A DNA stretch of 64,000 nucleotides from an uncultured Anaerolineaceae bacterium (GTDB taxonomy: Bacteria; Chloroflexota; Anaerolineae; Anaerolineales; E44-bin32). Under the pieces are notes generated by a model. It saw nothing but the letters and a program-made list of their open reading frames with translations. It was not told where the DNA came from and ran no database searches. The stretch covers positions 1,500 to 65,499 of the forward strand of contig CAYYVY010000003.1 in NCBI GenBank assembly GCA_964475265.1. Reading direction: 5' to 3'. Shown here piece by piece: positions 28,701 through 37,595 of the stretch (its first letter is position 1; each line of letters starts with the position of its first letter). A program made the translations under genes and the position numbers.

Positions 28701-29248
28701 ATGGTGGCTTTCACTTCAAGGATGTCTTGTGCGGTTTCGATCAGCAGTACGTCGACACCGCCCTGAATCAGGCCCACGGCCTGTTCACGGAACACGTCGA
28801 CCAGCTCGTCGAAAGTGATGTCTGAGAGGTCGGGATCGTCCGCCGAGGGGAGTTTGCCGGATGGACCCATCGAGCCGGCGACGAAGCGTGGTTGCCCGGG
28901 TGTGCCGTATTCGTCCGCCAACCGCCGCGCCAGCGACGCGGCAGCCTGGTTGATCTCGATCACTCGCTCCGCCAAGCCAAATTCCGCCAGCGTGATGCGG
29001 TTGGAGCGGAAGGTGTCGGTCTCGATCACATCGACGCCGACTTCGAGGAAGGACCTGTGCACCGCTTCGACGGCGTCGGGTTTGGTGAGCACGAGCACGT
29101 CGTTGCAGCCTGCGTAGCTTTCACCGCCGAAGTCGTCTGCGCTGAGCTGCATGGCCTGCAGGCTGGTGCCCATGGCGCCGTCGTAGACCAGGACGCGTTC
29201 TGCGAGAGCGTCCAGGTAGCGGCGGTTGGTGTAGCGGCGTTGGTCCAA
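25742..29248 (-). CDS. metH: cobalamin-dependent methionine synthase
   Basis: 1168 aa with Hcy-binding, pterin-binding, B12 cap and B12-binding (GDVHDIGKN) domains plus an AdoMet-activation domain. The start is TTG at 29248, with AAGGAG 8 nt upstream. Confidence 0.95.
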   Translation of the reverse strand: MDQRRYTNRRYLDALAERVLVYDGAMGTSLQAMQLSADDFGGESYAGCNDVLVLTKPDAVEAVHRSFLEVGVDVIETDTFRSNRITLAEFGLAERVIEINQAAASLARRLADEYGTPGQPRFVAGSMGPSGKLPSADDPDLSDITFDELVDVFREQAVGLIQGGVDVLLIETAQDILEVKATIHGIHKAFEETGELLPIQAQVTLDTSGRMLLGTDISAALTTLEHLPIDVIGLNCSTGPEHMREPIRYLGEHAALPVSCIPNAGLPLNVDGEAVYPLEPDPFVADMLDFVEKHNISIVGGCCGTTPTHLKPLVEALHGRDHPPRPAQSPARLSSALQSIAMRQEPPPLLIGERINTQGSRKAKEWILTRDIDAIVTLGRQQIARGAHALDVCVALTERDDEADTMQQIVHKLSMSVEAPLVIDSTEPDVMRAALKAAPGRCVLNSVNLESGREKIESVLRMALDHGAAVIALTIDEAGMAKTAERKLEIAKKILALAVDEIGLRPEDLIFDALTFTLATGDPEFADSATETIEGIRRIKAELPGVFTSLGVSNVSFGLSKPARAVLNSVMLYHCVQAGLDMAIVNPAHITPYMEIPEAERQLAEDLIFNRRADALQRLIEHFELVVVTAETSIDPTADMTAQERIHWRILHRHKEGVQADIDEILSDFSAEDKAQGAVEMLNTVLLPAMKEVGDRFGAGELILPFVLQSAEVMKLAVSHVETFLERQEGVSKGSIVLATVYGDVHDIGKNLVKTILANNGYQVYDLGKQVPANVIIDKAVEVSADAIGLSALLVSTSKQMPLIVNELQRRRLEFPVLIGGAAINRRFGRRILFTEDGPAYAPGVFYCKDAFEGLSVMDQLQHPDQRARLVADRLAEAEREISRPPRVRKPRTGTSDVELAEEIPTAPHWGPRVVEEMPLEIVFQHLFKNELFRLSWGAKNTRGEEWDTLESEFEDRLQRMQKQALKEGWLKPQGVYGYWPAQAQEDELLIYDPQTFEDGQPQILTRFHFPRQPDGERLCLSDYFASVESGRMDVVAFQVVTVGAQASDHINELQQAGDYSESYFTHGLAVQTAEATAEYLHRHISRELGLAEGQGKRYSWGYPAIPELEDHAKVFELLPAQQSLGMQLSAAYQLIPEQSTAAIILHHPKAKYYSVGVSRVEQLLDEV

Positions 29249-29270
29249 GATCGTTGCTCCTTGTTCGGAT

Positions 29271-29298
29271 GAAAAGAAACCCCTTCAGGAAGAAGGGG
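29271..29298 (-). terminator. intrinsic terminator forming the expression platform of the SAM-I riboswitch
   Basis: Minus strand: CCCCTTC-TTCCT-GAAGGGG followed by TTTCTTTTC. The 5' half of the stem is complementary to the 3' strand of riboswitch P1 (GGAAGATGAGGG), which allows an antiterminator. Confidence 0.8.
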
Positions 29299-29322
29299 CT
29301 GACTTGCATGCGCAAACGTTCC

Positions 29323-29431
29323 CTCATCTTCCAGAAGACCGGCTTGCGGCGGGCCTTCTGCCGGAGTTGGCACCATCCATTGGTGGTTGCCGAGGCTTCA
29401 CAGGGCCGGTCCCTCCGCCTCTCTCGATGAG
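29323..29431 (-). promoter_or_regulatory. SAM-I (S-box) riboswitch aptamer
   Basis: Minus strand: CTCATCGAGAGAGGCGGAGGGACCGGCCCTGTGAAGCCTCGGCAACC...GGTGCCAACTCCGGCAGA...GGAAGATGAG. This matches the S-box core (P1 pairing, GAGGGA, GGCCC, GAAGCC, GCAACC, GTGCCAA-TCC) upstream of metH. Confidence 0.9.
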
Positions 29432-29565
29432 CGACCGGCGAGTCAACGCCGGTCTATTCGGATAACGTTTGTCAGTTTACCACGTCCGCGCTGCGGATGT
29501 CAATTAATTGGATGGTCAAAGGGGGGCAGCGCCTCGTCAGCGCCACCCCCCTGGCGGCAGATGAA

Positions 29566-31677
29566 TTATGGCGTGCAGGGATCTCCGGGGACGGCGCCGT
29601 CGGGGCAAGGAACGGTACACACCGGGTCTCCGCCCCTTTCGGATTGGACCAGGCAACCGAGGATGGGGGTCTTCGTCGGCAGCGGAGCGGGAATGTAGAC
29701 CTTGGTGCCGTCGACGTCCCCCTCGGTCTCGACGATAGCCCGCAGAATCCAGCAGATTCCATTCCAATCCGGGTTGTTGATCACCAACCAGGTTCCCTCC
29801 TGATTGCGGCCGATCACTTCGGCGCTTTCGCCCGCCAGCAGGTAGCCGGCATCTTCGTAATCGGTGCTGTCGCCTTTGCGGCAGGTGGTGTTCTGGGGGG
29901 CGAAGAGCATGGGCACGAGCGGCTCGGGCGTGGGTGTTGCGGTAGGTTCTTGCGTGGGTTGTTCGTCTGCAGAGGACGTATCACCGCCTTCGCTTTCGAG
30001 TTCGAAAGCGCCGGTGTCACAAGCGCTTCCCGAAGGTTGCGGTCTCGAGACGCCGCGTTGATCCTGCGCCACCGCAGCGGCGGCAACATCGCTGCAGTCG
30101 GTGACAAGATTGAAAGCGATACTGGTGGATGAGATGGCGAAGGTCGGTGTGAAACCACCATTATCGCTGAAGCTGCCCAGCATCGGATCCATGTTGATCG
30201 AAATACCGGGGCAATCACCGACATTGTCAATATTTTCACCGAGGGCCTGGAAGGATCCACCTCCAATATCACAATTTTCCTGCATGCCGGGATCATACAA
30301 AATGCTGTTCTTGATCTGCGTGTTTCCGACGATTTGGAATATCGATTTGCCTCTATCGGCGCTCCCGGCCTTCAACGTTGCGAAGCTTAAGGAAAGATCG
30401 CCAACGTTCAAGATGTTGGCGCCATTTTGGGACACAATGTTCGAGGAAAACGAGACGTTGGTTGCGATGACCTGTCCATGGTTAATGATTGCGCCTCCAT
30501 GATAAGCGATGTTTGAGTCAAAGGCGGATTCCTGAATTGTCGCGGTGCCCTGGTTGTATATGGCTCCGCCCGTAGCGTACATGCCCAGCGTGTAATTCTG
30601 GATGAAGTAAGTTTCGCTGATGTCTACGCTTCCGGCTTCATTATAGATGCCACCGCCGTGTCCAGGACTTCCCGCGGGAGGTTGAAGGCCAGCGGTGTTG
30701 TTCTCGAAGGTGATTTCGTCCCTTAGGGTGAGGTCCCCGTTATGACTGTAGATCGCGCCGCCATTTTGCGCACAACCGTTCAGCTCGAAAAGGGTGCTGG
30801 CGATGTCGAAACGACCGTTCCAGATGTAGATCGCCCCGCCGTTGCTGGGTGAGGTAGAATTTTGGACCATCGCTGTGTTCTCATGGAAGGTATTTCCGCC
30901 GAGGGTAAAGCGGCCGTCTTCGGCGTAGATGGCGCCGCCATGCGAGCGAGATTCATTGTTGAGGAAGGACACGTTGTAGAAGGCGAACTGCGCTTCGGCG
31001 CTTTCGCTGTAAAGCGCGCCGCCCTGCCAGGCGATGTTTTCACGGAAGGTCGTGTGGTTGAGAGTCATGGGGATGCCGACGTCCCCGGCGCTGAAGATAG
31101 CTCCACCTTGGTATGCGTGGTTGTCCAGGAAAATCGTGTCCTGATCGGAAGTGACGGTTCCGCGGTTGAAAATCGCGCCTCCGACGGTTTGACTGAGATT
31201 GGCTTCCAGGGTTACCTGATTCAAGGTGAGTCCACCTCCGTCGTTATAGATCGCGCCGCCGCCGGGATCGACTTCATCTGGATTTTCCTCGCTTCTGCCG
31301 CCGTATAAGCTCATTTCGTCTAACCGCAAACCGCCTTCAGCGGTAATGAAGAAGAAGCGAAATTTGTGGTTCGCCGATGGAGAACGTTGCAGCAGCGCTG
31401 CGTTGCCGTTGATGCGCATATTCGTGGTGATGATCGGGAGTGCGTTGTAGCCGTGACCGCCGTCGTCGTTATCCGCGGAATTGAAGGTGTAGGTGCAATT
31501 CGGATCGAGATGGATGATGGTGGTGTCGTTGTTTGCGTTGGCTGTATTAATGGCGTTGACCAGGTCGTTCACGCTGCAGTTGACATTGATTTCGGAGGGT
31601 GGGTTGCAGCCGGCAAGCAGGATAGTGATGAACAAGGCTGTAAATATCAAGGCGCTGGATTTCATTTTTATATTCAT
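29566..31677 (-). CDS. secreted lipoprotein with polymorphic-membrane-protein-type (GGAIxN) beta-helix repeats and a C-terminal SH3-like domain
   Basis: Lipobox ILLAGC. There are more than 10 repeats of GGAIYN/GGAIFN/GGALYS at roughly 25-aa spacing. A Thr/Pro linker follows, then EDAGYLLAGESAEVIGRNQEGTWLVINN (SH3b-like). Confidence 0.65.
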   Translation of the reverse strand: MNIKMKSSALIFTALFITILLAGCNPPSEINVNCSVNDLVNAINTANANNDTTIIHLDPNCTYTFNSADNDDGGHGYNALPIITTNMRINGNAALLQRSPSANHKFRFFFITAEGGLRLDEMSLYGGRSEENPDEVDPGGGAIYNDGGGLTLNQVTLEANLSQTVGGAIFNRGTVTSDQDTIFLDNHAYQGGAIFSAGDVGIPMTLNHTTFRENIAWQGGALYSESAEAQFAFYNVSFLNNESRSHGGAIYAEDGRFTLGGNTFHENTAMVQNSTSPSNGGAIYIWNGRFDIASTLFELNGCAQNGGAIYSHNGDLTLRDEITFENNTAGLQPPAGSPGHGGGIYNEAGSVDISETYFIQNYTLGMYATGGAIYNQGTATIQESAFDSNIAYHGGAIINHGQVIATNVSFSSNIVSQNGANILNVGDLSLSFATLKAGSADRGKSIFQIVGNTQIKNSILYDPGMQENCDIGGGSFQALGENIDNVGDCPGISINMDPMLGSFSDNGGFTPTFAISSTSIAFNLVTDCSDVAAAAVAQDQRGVSRPQPSGSACDTGAFELESEGGDTSSADEQPTQEPTATPTPEPLVPMLFAPQNTTCRKGDSTDYEDAGYLLAGESAEVIGRNQEGTWLVINNPDWNGICWILRAIVETEGDVDGTKVYIPAPLPTKTPILGCLVQSERGGDPVCTVPCPDGAVPGDPCTP

Positions 31678-31906
31678 TGCAATCCCTCTCTTTTCTCTTC
31701 ATGGAACGTAGAAGAGAACCATCTCTCAAGGGGAATGTGCTGGCAAAGCGAGTGGTTCGAAGCCCCTCCTACACCTTATAACGAAATCTTCATACAACTT
31801 GTGACACATTGATTGTCCATCTTGAGTGCTGCGATATAACCATTCAATTGAGGTCAACATGTTAAGTGACCGGGACGGAGCGCATTGACAAAATGGGTCG
31901 TCTATG

Positions 31907-31926
31907 ATATTCTAATAATAGAATAT
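31907..31926. promoter_or_regulatory. perfect inverted repeat, candidate PadR operator overlapping the padR promoter
   Basis: ATATTCTA-ATAA-TAGAATAT. It lies 17 nt downstream of TTGACA (31885-31890), so it overlaps the predicted -10 (TATTCT), and 21 nt upstream of the padR ATG. Confidence 0.45.
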
Positions 31927-31946
31927 TATAGTATTAGGATAATGAG

Positions 31947-32486
31947 ATGACCAACGCAAAACTGGCGATATTGAGTCTGGTGGCGGAAAAACCCCGGCAT
32001 GGCTACGAAATCGAAAGCGTGATCGAGGAACGCGGCATGCGCGAGTGGACAGAAATCGGTTTCTCCTCGATTTACTACCTGCTTAAGAAACTGGAGGGCG
32101 AAGGCCTGCTTGAGGGGAGTCTGGAGGCGGCCGAGCGCGGCCCGGCGCGTAAAGTCTATCGGGCAACAGCTGCCGGACGTAAAGTGCTGAAGGAGGGCGT
32201 ATTGGAAGCGCTCTCGATTCCGCAACCATGCTACAGCCCGCTGCAGCTGGGGCTGGCCAACCTGCCGGGAATCACGCCGGCGGAGGCGCTCATCTCGCTG
32301 CATCAATATAACCAGGCGTTGTTGGAACGCCTGGCGCGCGTGCAGGAACGCCGGGAATCCCAGCGTCCGCTACCCTACTTCGTGGAGGCGATGTTCGAGC
32401 TTTCGGTCACGATGATCGAAGCCGAGCGGCAGTGGATCGAGCAATTCATCCAGCAAGTGGAGACAGAGGAAGATGGCAAAAATTGA
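31947..32486 (+). CDS. PadR family transcriptional regulator
   Basis: PRHGYEIESVIEERGMREWTEIGFSSIYYLLKKLEGEGLLE is the PadR winged-helix signature. Confidence 0.85.
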   Translation: MTNAKLAILSLVAEKPRHGYEIESVIEERGMREWTEIGFSSIYYLLKKLEGEGLLEGSLEAAERGPARKVYRATAAGRKVLKEGVLEALSIPQPCYSPLQLGLANLPGITPAEALISLHQYNQALLERLARVQERRESQRPLPYFVEAMFELSVTMIEAERQWIEQFIQQVETEEDGKN

Positions 32487-33144
32487 CTTCAAGAAGCAGA
32501 TGAAAGATATATACAACCCACCCAAAGGGAAGTTTTCCGTGGTGCAGGTCCCCGTGCTGAATTACATCATGATCGACGGGCAGGGAGACCCCAACACGGC
32601 GCTGCCCTATCAGCAGGCCGTCGAGGCGCTCTATGCCACGGCGTACAAGCTCAAGTTCATGAGCAAGAACGAACTGGACAAGGATTACGTCGTTCCACCG
32701 CTGGAAGGATTGTGGGGATCGGAAGAGATGCAGGAAAAACTTGCCGGAGCCGGGGATGCGCGCGAGTGGTTGGAACTGTTCAAGGCATCGGAGCGGGATG
32801 AGTGGTTGTGGACGATGATGATCATGCAGCCGGCCTGGATCACGGCGGAGATGGTCGCACAAATCCGTGGAGAAGTCGGGAAGGCGAAAGATCTTCCCGC
32901 GCTGGAGAAGCTGCGTTTCGATTCATACCACGAAGGTCTTTCGGTCCAGACCCTGCACGTCGGGCCGTACGCCGACGAGGGTCCCGTGTTGGCCGAGATG
33001 CATCTCGATTTCATTCCCAACAACGGCTACGTCGAAACGGGGAAACACCACGAAATCTATCTGAGCGATCCGCGCAAGACGGCTCCTGAGAAGCTGAAGA
33101 CAGTTCTCCGGCAGCCGGTTAAGGAGATTAACGATGTCGATTAA
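32473..33144 (+). CDS. GyrI-like small-molecule-binding domain protein
   Basis: KIDFKKQMKDIYNPPKGKFSVVQVPVLNYIMIDGQGDPN...HVGPY is typical of the GyrI-like/DUF family. It overlaps the padR end by 14 nt. Confidence 0.7.
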   Translation: MAKIDFKKQMKDIYNPPKGKFSVVQVPVLNYIMIDGQGDPNTALPYQQAVEALYATAYKLKFMSKNELDKDYVVPPLEGLWGSEEMQEKLAGAGDAREWLELFKASERDEWLWTMMIMQPAWITAEMVAQIRGEVGKAKDLPALEKLRFDSYHEGLSVQTLHVGPYADEGPVLAEMHLDFIPNNGYVETGKHHEIYLSDPRKTAPEKLKTVLRQPVKEINDVD

Positions 33145-34165
33145 ACCTTTGGAAGGTTTTAAATCCTTGGAGACCCATCACTGCGTCACCGGTTCGATGC
33201 TGCACGTCTATCACTACAACGATCATCCCCTCAGTGAGGACATGCTGCTGGGCATCGGCTCGGGGCTCGGGTTCTTCTATTGGCATCAAAAGGGCATGAT
33301 CCCCATGTTCCTCGGCCGCGGCAACGTGCATCGACCGGGTGTGGAAGGTTTGGAGATCACCACGGGGCGACGCACCGGTGTGCGGGTGGAACGCTTCCGC
33401 ACCAGCAGCCGCAAGAAAGCCGATCAAGCGTTGTTGGATTCCATGCGGGCGGACCAACCACTCATGATCCACGTCGACATGGGCTTTCTGCCCTATTTCG
33501 ATCTTCCGGATGATTACCACTTCGGCCAGCACGTCGTGGTTGTCTGTGGGTATGACGCCGCGAGTGAGGAAGTTCTGCTCGCGGATCGTGATGCAGCGCT
33601 GCACCCGGTTTCCATGATGGACCTGGCAGCAGCCCGCGGGTCGACGTACAAACCCTTCCCTCCTGAAAATACCTGGTACAGCTTTGATTTCAAGCAGAAA
33701 CGGATGCCGAATCCGGAGGATGTGCGGCAAGCGATCGGTGAGGTGTGTGCAACGATGCTCGAAGGCCCGATTACCAACATCGGGGTCAAGGGGATCCGCA
33801 AGGCAGCCAAAATGGCGCTGAATTGGCCGGGTAAGATGACCCCTGAAGAACTAAGCTGGGCGTGTTTTAACAACTACATTTTTATCGATGCAGAAGGTGG
33901 TACGGGCGGCGGTATCTTTCGCTACATGTACGGACGTTTTCTGGCGGAAGCGGCGGAGATCACGGGGCAGCCGCGCCTGGCTGAGATCGGGCGGGAACTG
34001 CACGCCGTTGGCGATACGTGGCAGGCCGTGGCGCAAATATTCAAACACGGCGCGGAGATCGATGATCCAGCTTCGATCCTGCCGGAAACGACCGATCCGT
34101 TGATGGAGATCGCGGAAGTGGAAGAGTCGCTCTGGATTGAACTTCGTGACTTGGCCGCCGTTTGA
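33134..34165 (+). CDS. BtrH_N-domain / DUF4872 family protein
   Basis: HCVTGSMLHVYHYNDHPLSEDMLLGIGSGLGFFYW is the N-terminal Cys-containing papain-like BtrH_N pattern. It overlaps the upstream gene by 11 nt. Confidence 0.6.
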   Translation: MSIKPLEGFKSLETHHCVTGSMLHVYHYNDHPLSEDMLLGIGSGLGFFYWHQKGMIPMFLGRGNVHRPGVEGLEITTGRRTGVRVERFRTSSRKKADQALLDSMRADQPLMIHVDMGFLPYFDLPDDYHFGQHVVVVCGYDAASEEVLLADRDAALHPVSMMDLAAARGSTYKPFPPENTWYSFDFKQKRMPNPEDVRQAIGEVCATMLEGPITNIGVKGIRKAAKMALNWPGKMTPEELSWACFNNYIFIDAEGGTGGGIFRYMYGRFLAEAAEITGQPRLAEIGRELHAVGDTWQAVAQIFKHGAEIDDPASILPETTDPLMEIAEVEESLWIELRDLAAV

Positions 34166-34245
34166 CCGTTGAGCCCTGATATGCAAAACTGGATATCCGT
34201 TTTCTTCTGCCTCGATAAGTTGTAGGTCTCTGCTACAATTACGGC

Positions 34246-35067
34246 GTGGGAACGCTGTACCTGGTCGCCACCCCCATCGGCAATCTGGAAGACATCACGC
34301 AGCGCGCGATCCGCACGCTGCGTGACGTGCGCTGCATCGCTGCGGAAGACACGCGGCACACCGGTAAATTGCTCAACCGCTATCAAATCGAAACCCCGCT
34401 GATCAGCTATCACGAACACAGCAAGCGCACCCGCATCGAGCGCGTTTTAGGCGAACTCGAGGCGGGTGATGTGGCGCTGGTTTCCGACGCCGGAACGCCG
34501 GGCCTTTCCGATCCGGGATTCCGTTTGGTTCGGGCGGCATTGGAGGCGGGGCACACAGTGAGTCCCGTTCCCGGGCCCTCGGCGCCGATCGCGGCGCTGG
34601 TTGCATCCGGACTGCCTACAGATTCCTACATTTACCTGGGTTATTTACCGCGTAAAGCTTCGGAAAGACGCAGCGTACTTAAAAGTCTGGCCGACGAAAC
34701 GCGCACGCTGATCCTCTTCGAGGTGCCACACCGCCTGCGGCAGGCTTTGGACGACATGATTTCGGTCTTCGGAAACCAGCGCCCTGTCGCCGTATGCCGG
34801 GAGTTGACCAAGATGCATGAGGAGATTCTGCGAGGCTCGCTGCAGACAATGCGTGAGCATTTCAGCGAAGTCGAACCGCGCGGAGAGTTCACCCTGGTGA
34901 TCGGCGCTGCGCCGCAGGAAGAACGGTGGTCGCCGGACAAAGTCCAGGCGGAAGCAGCCCGGCGCATGGATCGAGGAAGCAGCCCATCGCAAGTGGCGCG
35001 GGAAATTGCGCTCGAGTCGGGTTGGTCCAGACGTGAGGTATATCAGTTAATCATGGAGGAGAAATGA
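34246..35067 (+). CDS. rsmI: 16S rRNA (cytidine1402-2'-O)-methyltransferase
   Basis: GTLYLVATPIGNLEDITQRAIRTLRDVRCIAAEDTRHTGKLL. Confidence 0.9.
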   Translation: MGTLYLVATPIGNLEDITQRAIRTLRDVRCIAAEDTRHTGKLLNRYQIETPLISYHEHSKRTRIERVLGELEAGDVALVSDAGTPGLSDPGFRLVRAALEAGHTVSPVPGPSAPIAALVASGLPTDSYIYLGYLPRKASERRSVLKSLADETRTLILFEVPHRLRQALDDMISVFGNQRPVAVCRELTKMHEEILRGSLQTMREHFSEVEPRGEFTLVIGAAPQEERWSPDKVQAEAARRMDRGSSPSQVAREIALESGWSRREVYQLIMEEK

Positions 35068-36140
35068 AGCTGGACGATCTGCAACGTTTTCAATCGTACG
35101 ACCCTGAGGGATTGCTGGCGAAGATAGACGCCCTTCCGGATCAACTGCAGGAAGCCTGGGACCTAGGGCGAAAACTACCCTTGGGGGACATTTCCGGTGT
35201 GCGGCGGATCATCATCGCCGGCATGGGTGGTTCTGCAATCGGGGGCGATTTGCTCGCTGCTTACGCTGCGCCGATGTGCGCTGCGCCCATTCAAGTCTGG
35301 CGCGATTACGATCTACCCGCGTACGCCGATAGCCGGGAAACTCTGGTCATCGCCTCCTCCTTTTCGGGCAACACGGAAGAGACGATTTCGGCGCTGGAGC
35401 GCGGCGTGGAAACGGGGGTCCAGCCGCTGGTCGTGGCCACGGGTGGAAAGTTGGCCGAGCGAGCCGAATCGCTCGGTATTCCGCTTTGGCGTTTCGATCA
35501 TCCCGGCCCGCCGCGGGCGGTGGTGGGCTTCTCCTTCGGTTTGCTCCTGGCGGCGATCAGCCGCCTGGGATTGATCCCCGATCCGGAAACGGAGGTCTTG
35601 GACGCCGTGGCGGCCATGCGAGAGCAGCAATCCCGGTTGCGCGCCGAGATCCCCGTCGCAGAAAACCCGGCAAAACGTTTGGCCGGGCAGCTGATCGACC
35701 GTTGGCCGACGATCATCGGCGCGGAATTTCTGGCGCCCGTTGCGCGCCGATGGCGAACGCAGATCGCCGAGTTATCCAAGGCTGTGGCGCAGTTCGAATT
35801 TCTGCCGGAAGCGGATCACAACATGGTGGCCGGTGTCGTGAATCCGGAAGCGCTGCTCGCAAAGACGGCGATTATCTTTCTGCGTGCTGCCCACAATCAC
35901 CCGCGGAACCTGGCGCGCATTGACGTAACCAAGGAAATCATGATGGTGGAGGGTTTCAACACAGATGTCGTCGAAGCCCGAGGTGAGACTCTCCTGGCGC
36001 AGCAATGGACGGCGCTGCACTTCGGGGATTACGTAGCCTATTATATGGCCATGGCGTATGGCGTAGATCCTACACCGGTGGCCGCAATTGAGGATCTGAA
36101 GGTGCGGCTTCGGGAATTTTCGGGGTCGAAGGCGAAATGA
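35064..36140 (+). CDS. bifunctional phosphoglucose/phosphomannose isomerase (SIS domain)
   Basis: LPDQLQEAW..., IIIAGMGGSAIGGDLL and SFSGNTEETI form the SIS pattern. ATGA overlaps on both sides. Confidence 0.7.
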   Translation: MKLDDLQRFQSYDPEGLLAKIDALPDQLQEAWDLGRKLPLGDISGVRRIIIAGMGGSAIGGDLLAAYAAPMCAAPIQVWRDYDLPAYADSRETLVIASSFSGNTEETISALERGVETGVQPLVVATGGKLAERAESLGIPLWRFDHPGPPRAVVGFSFGLLLAAISRLGLIPDPETEVLDAVAAMREQQSRLRAEIPVAENPAKRLAGQLIDRWPTIIGAEFLAPVARRWRTQIAELSKAVAQFEFLPEADHNMVAGVVNPEALLAKTAIIFLRAAHNHPRNLARIDVTKEIMMVEGFNTDVVEARGETLLAQQWTALHFGDYVAYYMAMAYGVDPTPVAAIEDLKVRLREFSGSKAK

Positions 36141-37546
36141 GAACCCGCATGTCCAGCGTGCGGCGATCCTTCGTCGGCGGCGCGGCTTTGTTTCTGGCGC
36201 TGGTGGCGCTCTTTTTGCTCGCCACGCCCCGCGTCGTGCAGATCGTGCCGCGAGACGGCAGCGTCGATGTATCATCGAAGCGTGCGCTTCAAATTACTTT
36301 TACCCATGAGATGGACAGAGAAAGCGTTGAATCTCGTATTTTCATCGATCCAGATGTGGCCGGGCGCTTTAGCTGGGAAAGTCGAACACTGACGTTCGAG
36401 CCGGATGAGAGTTGGCCTGAAGGCACCCTGGTGAGCTTGCGATTGGAATCCGGAGCGAGTGCTAAGATTCTCCTGCCGATGCTGCGCAGCTATTCCTGGT
36501 CCTTTCAAATCGCGGAGCGGCGGATTGTATACCTGTGGCTGGAAAGCGGTCCAGCGGATCTCTATCTCCGCCATCTGACGGAAGATGATCCTGTGCGCCT
36601 CACTCAAAGCGGTTCGGGCATTCTCGATTACAGCTTGAGTCCGGACGGGGATACGCTTGTCTACTCGGCGTTGTGCGAAGACGGCAGCACCGAGCTGCGA
36701 GAGCTTTCGCTTTCGACGGCGCAGGATCGGTTGTTGTATGCATGTCCGCAAGGCGATCACTGTCAGGAGATTGCCGTCGAACCCCATGGGAAGCGGATTG
36801 CCTTCGAGCGTTTTGGTTTCGCAGCCGGGCATGGTGGGCAGCCGTTTCCGGGACCGAGCGGCGTGTGGGTGTTGAATCCGGACGCCGGGGAAGAGGTGTT
36901 TCCGATTGGAGATGTGGATCACGCCAGATCCAACCCCGACTGGTCGACGAGCGGTCGGCTGGCGTACTACGATGATACCTTGAAGGCGATCGCCCTCGTG
37001 GATGTTGAAAACAGCCTGGCTGAAAAGCCGTTCAACTTCATTCCCAACGATCTCGGGCTGAATGGCGCCTGGTCGCCGGACGGTCAGGAATTGGTCTATG
37101 CGTCCATCGTGATCCGGGAAGGCGACTCCACGGGTGATTCACAGGTGGACTTCTACAGCCATATCTACCGCATGGACGTGGCTTCGGGCAGCATTTTTGA
37201 TCTCACGGGTGATGAAGCGGGGCAGGTCGAGGACGCTGCACCGATCTACTCCCCGGACGGAAAGTGGATCGCCTTCACTCGCAAATACCTCGATAGCGAT
37301 CGCTGGACACTCGGCCGGCAGTTGTGGGTCATGCGCGCCGATGGATCGGATCCCAGGCAATTGACCGCGGAACCCAATTTGCACGTGTCCTCCGTCGTGT
37401 GGAGTCACGATGCTCGCATGCTGACCTTTGTGCGCAAGAATCAGGCAGACCTCGCCCAACCGATTGAAATTTGGGTGATCGGCGTCGATGGCGGGGGAGA
37501 AGAACTGCTGGTCGAAGGAGGCTATGCACCGCAATGGGTTCCGTAG
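36137..37546 (+). CDS. membrane-anchored Ig-like + PD40/TolB-type beta-propeller protein
   Basis: Signal anchor, an N-terminal SbsA-Ig-like segment (VQIVPRDGSVDV...), then repeated SPDG..L.Y / WSPDG / YSPDGKWIAF blades. Confidence 0.6.
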   Translation: MRTRMSSVRRSFVGGAALFLALVALFLLATPRVVQIVPRDGSVDVSSKRALQITFTHEMDRESVESRIFIDPDVAGRFSWESRTLTFEPDESWPEGTLVSLRLESGASAKILLPMLRSYSWSFQIAERRIVYLWLESGPADLYLRHLTEDDPVRLTQSGSGILDYSLSPDGDTLVYSALCEDGSTELRELSLSTAQDRLLYACPQGDHCQEIAVEPHGKRIAFERFGFAAGHGGQPFPGPSGVWVLNPDAGEEVFPIGDVDHARSNPDWSTSGRLAYYDDTLKAIALVDVENSLAEKPFNFIPNDLGLNGAWSPDGQELVYASIVIREGDSTGDSQVDFYSHIYRMDVASGSIFDLTGDEAGQVEDAAPIYSPDGKWIAFTRKYLDSDRWTLGRQLWVMRADGSDPRQLTAEPNLHVSSVVWSHDARMLTFVRKNQADLAQPIEIWVIGVDGGGEELLVEGGYAPQWVP

Positions 37547-37595
37547 CGAGGCGGACAGCCAAACCGAAAGACGGCTTTTCTCGTAGGAGGTACGC

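Noticed and set aside
21841-28825. Long plus-strand ORFs inside metG, the yitJ-like gene and metH (21841-22704, 24841-25458, 25913-27037, 27089-28012, 28016-28825).
   Set aside because: They are typical stop-free antisense frames of GC-rich genes. Their products are low-complexity and Arg/Gly/Val/Asp-rich, and the minus-strand proteins are unambiguous.
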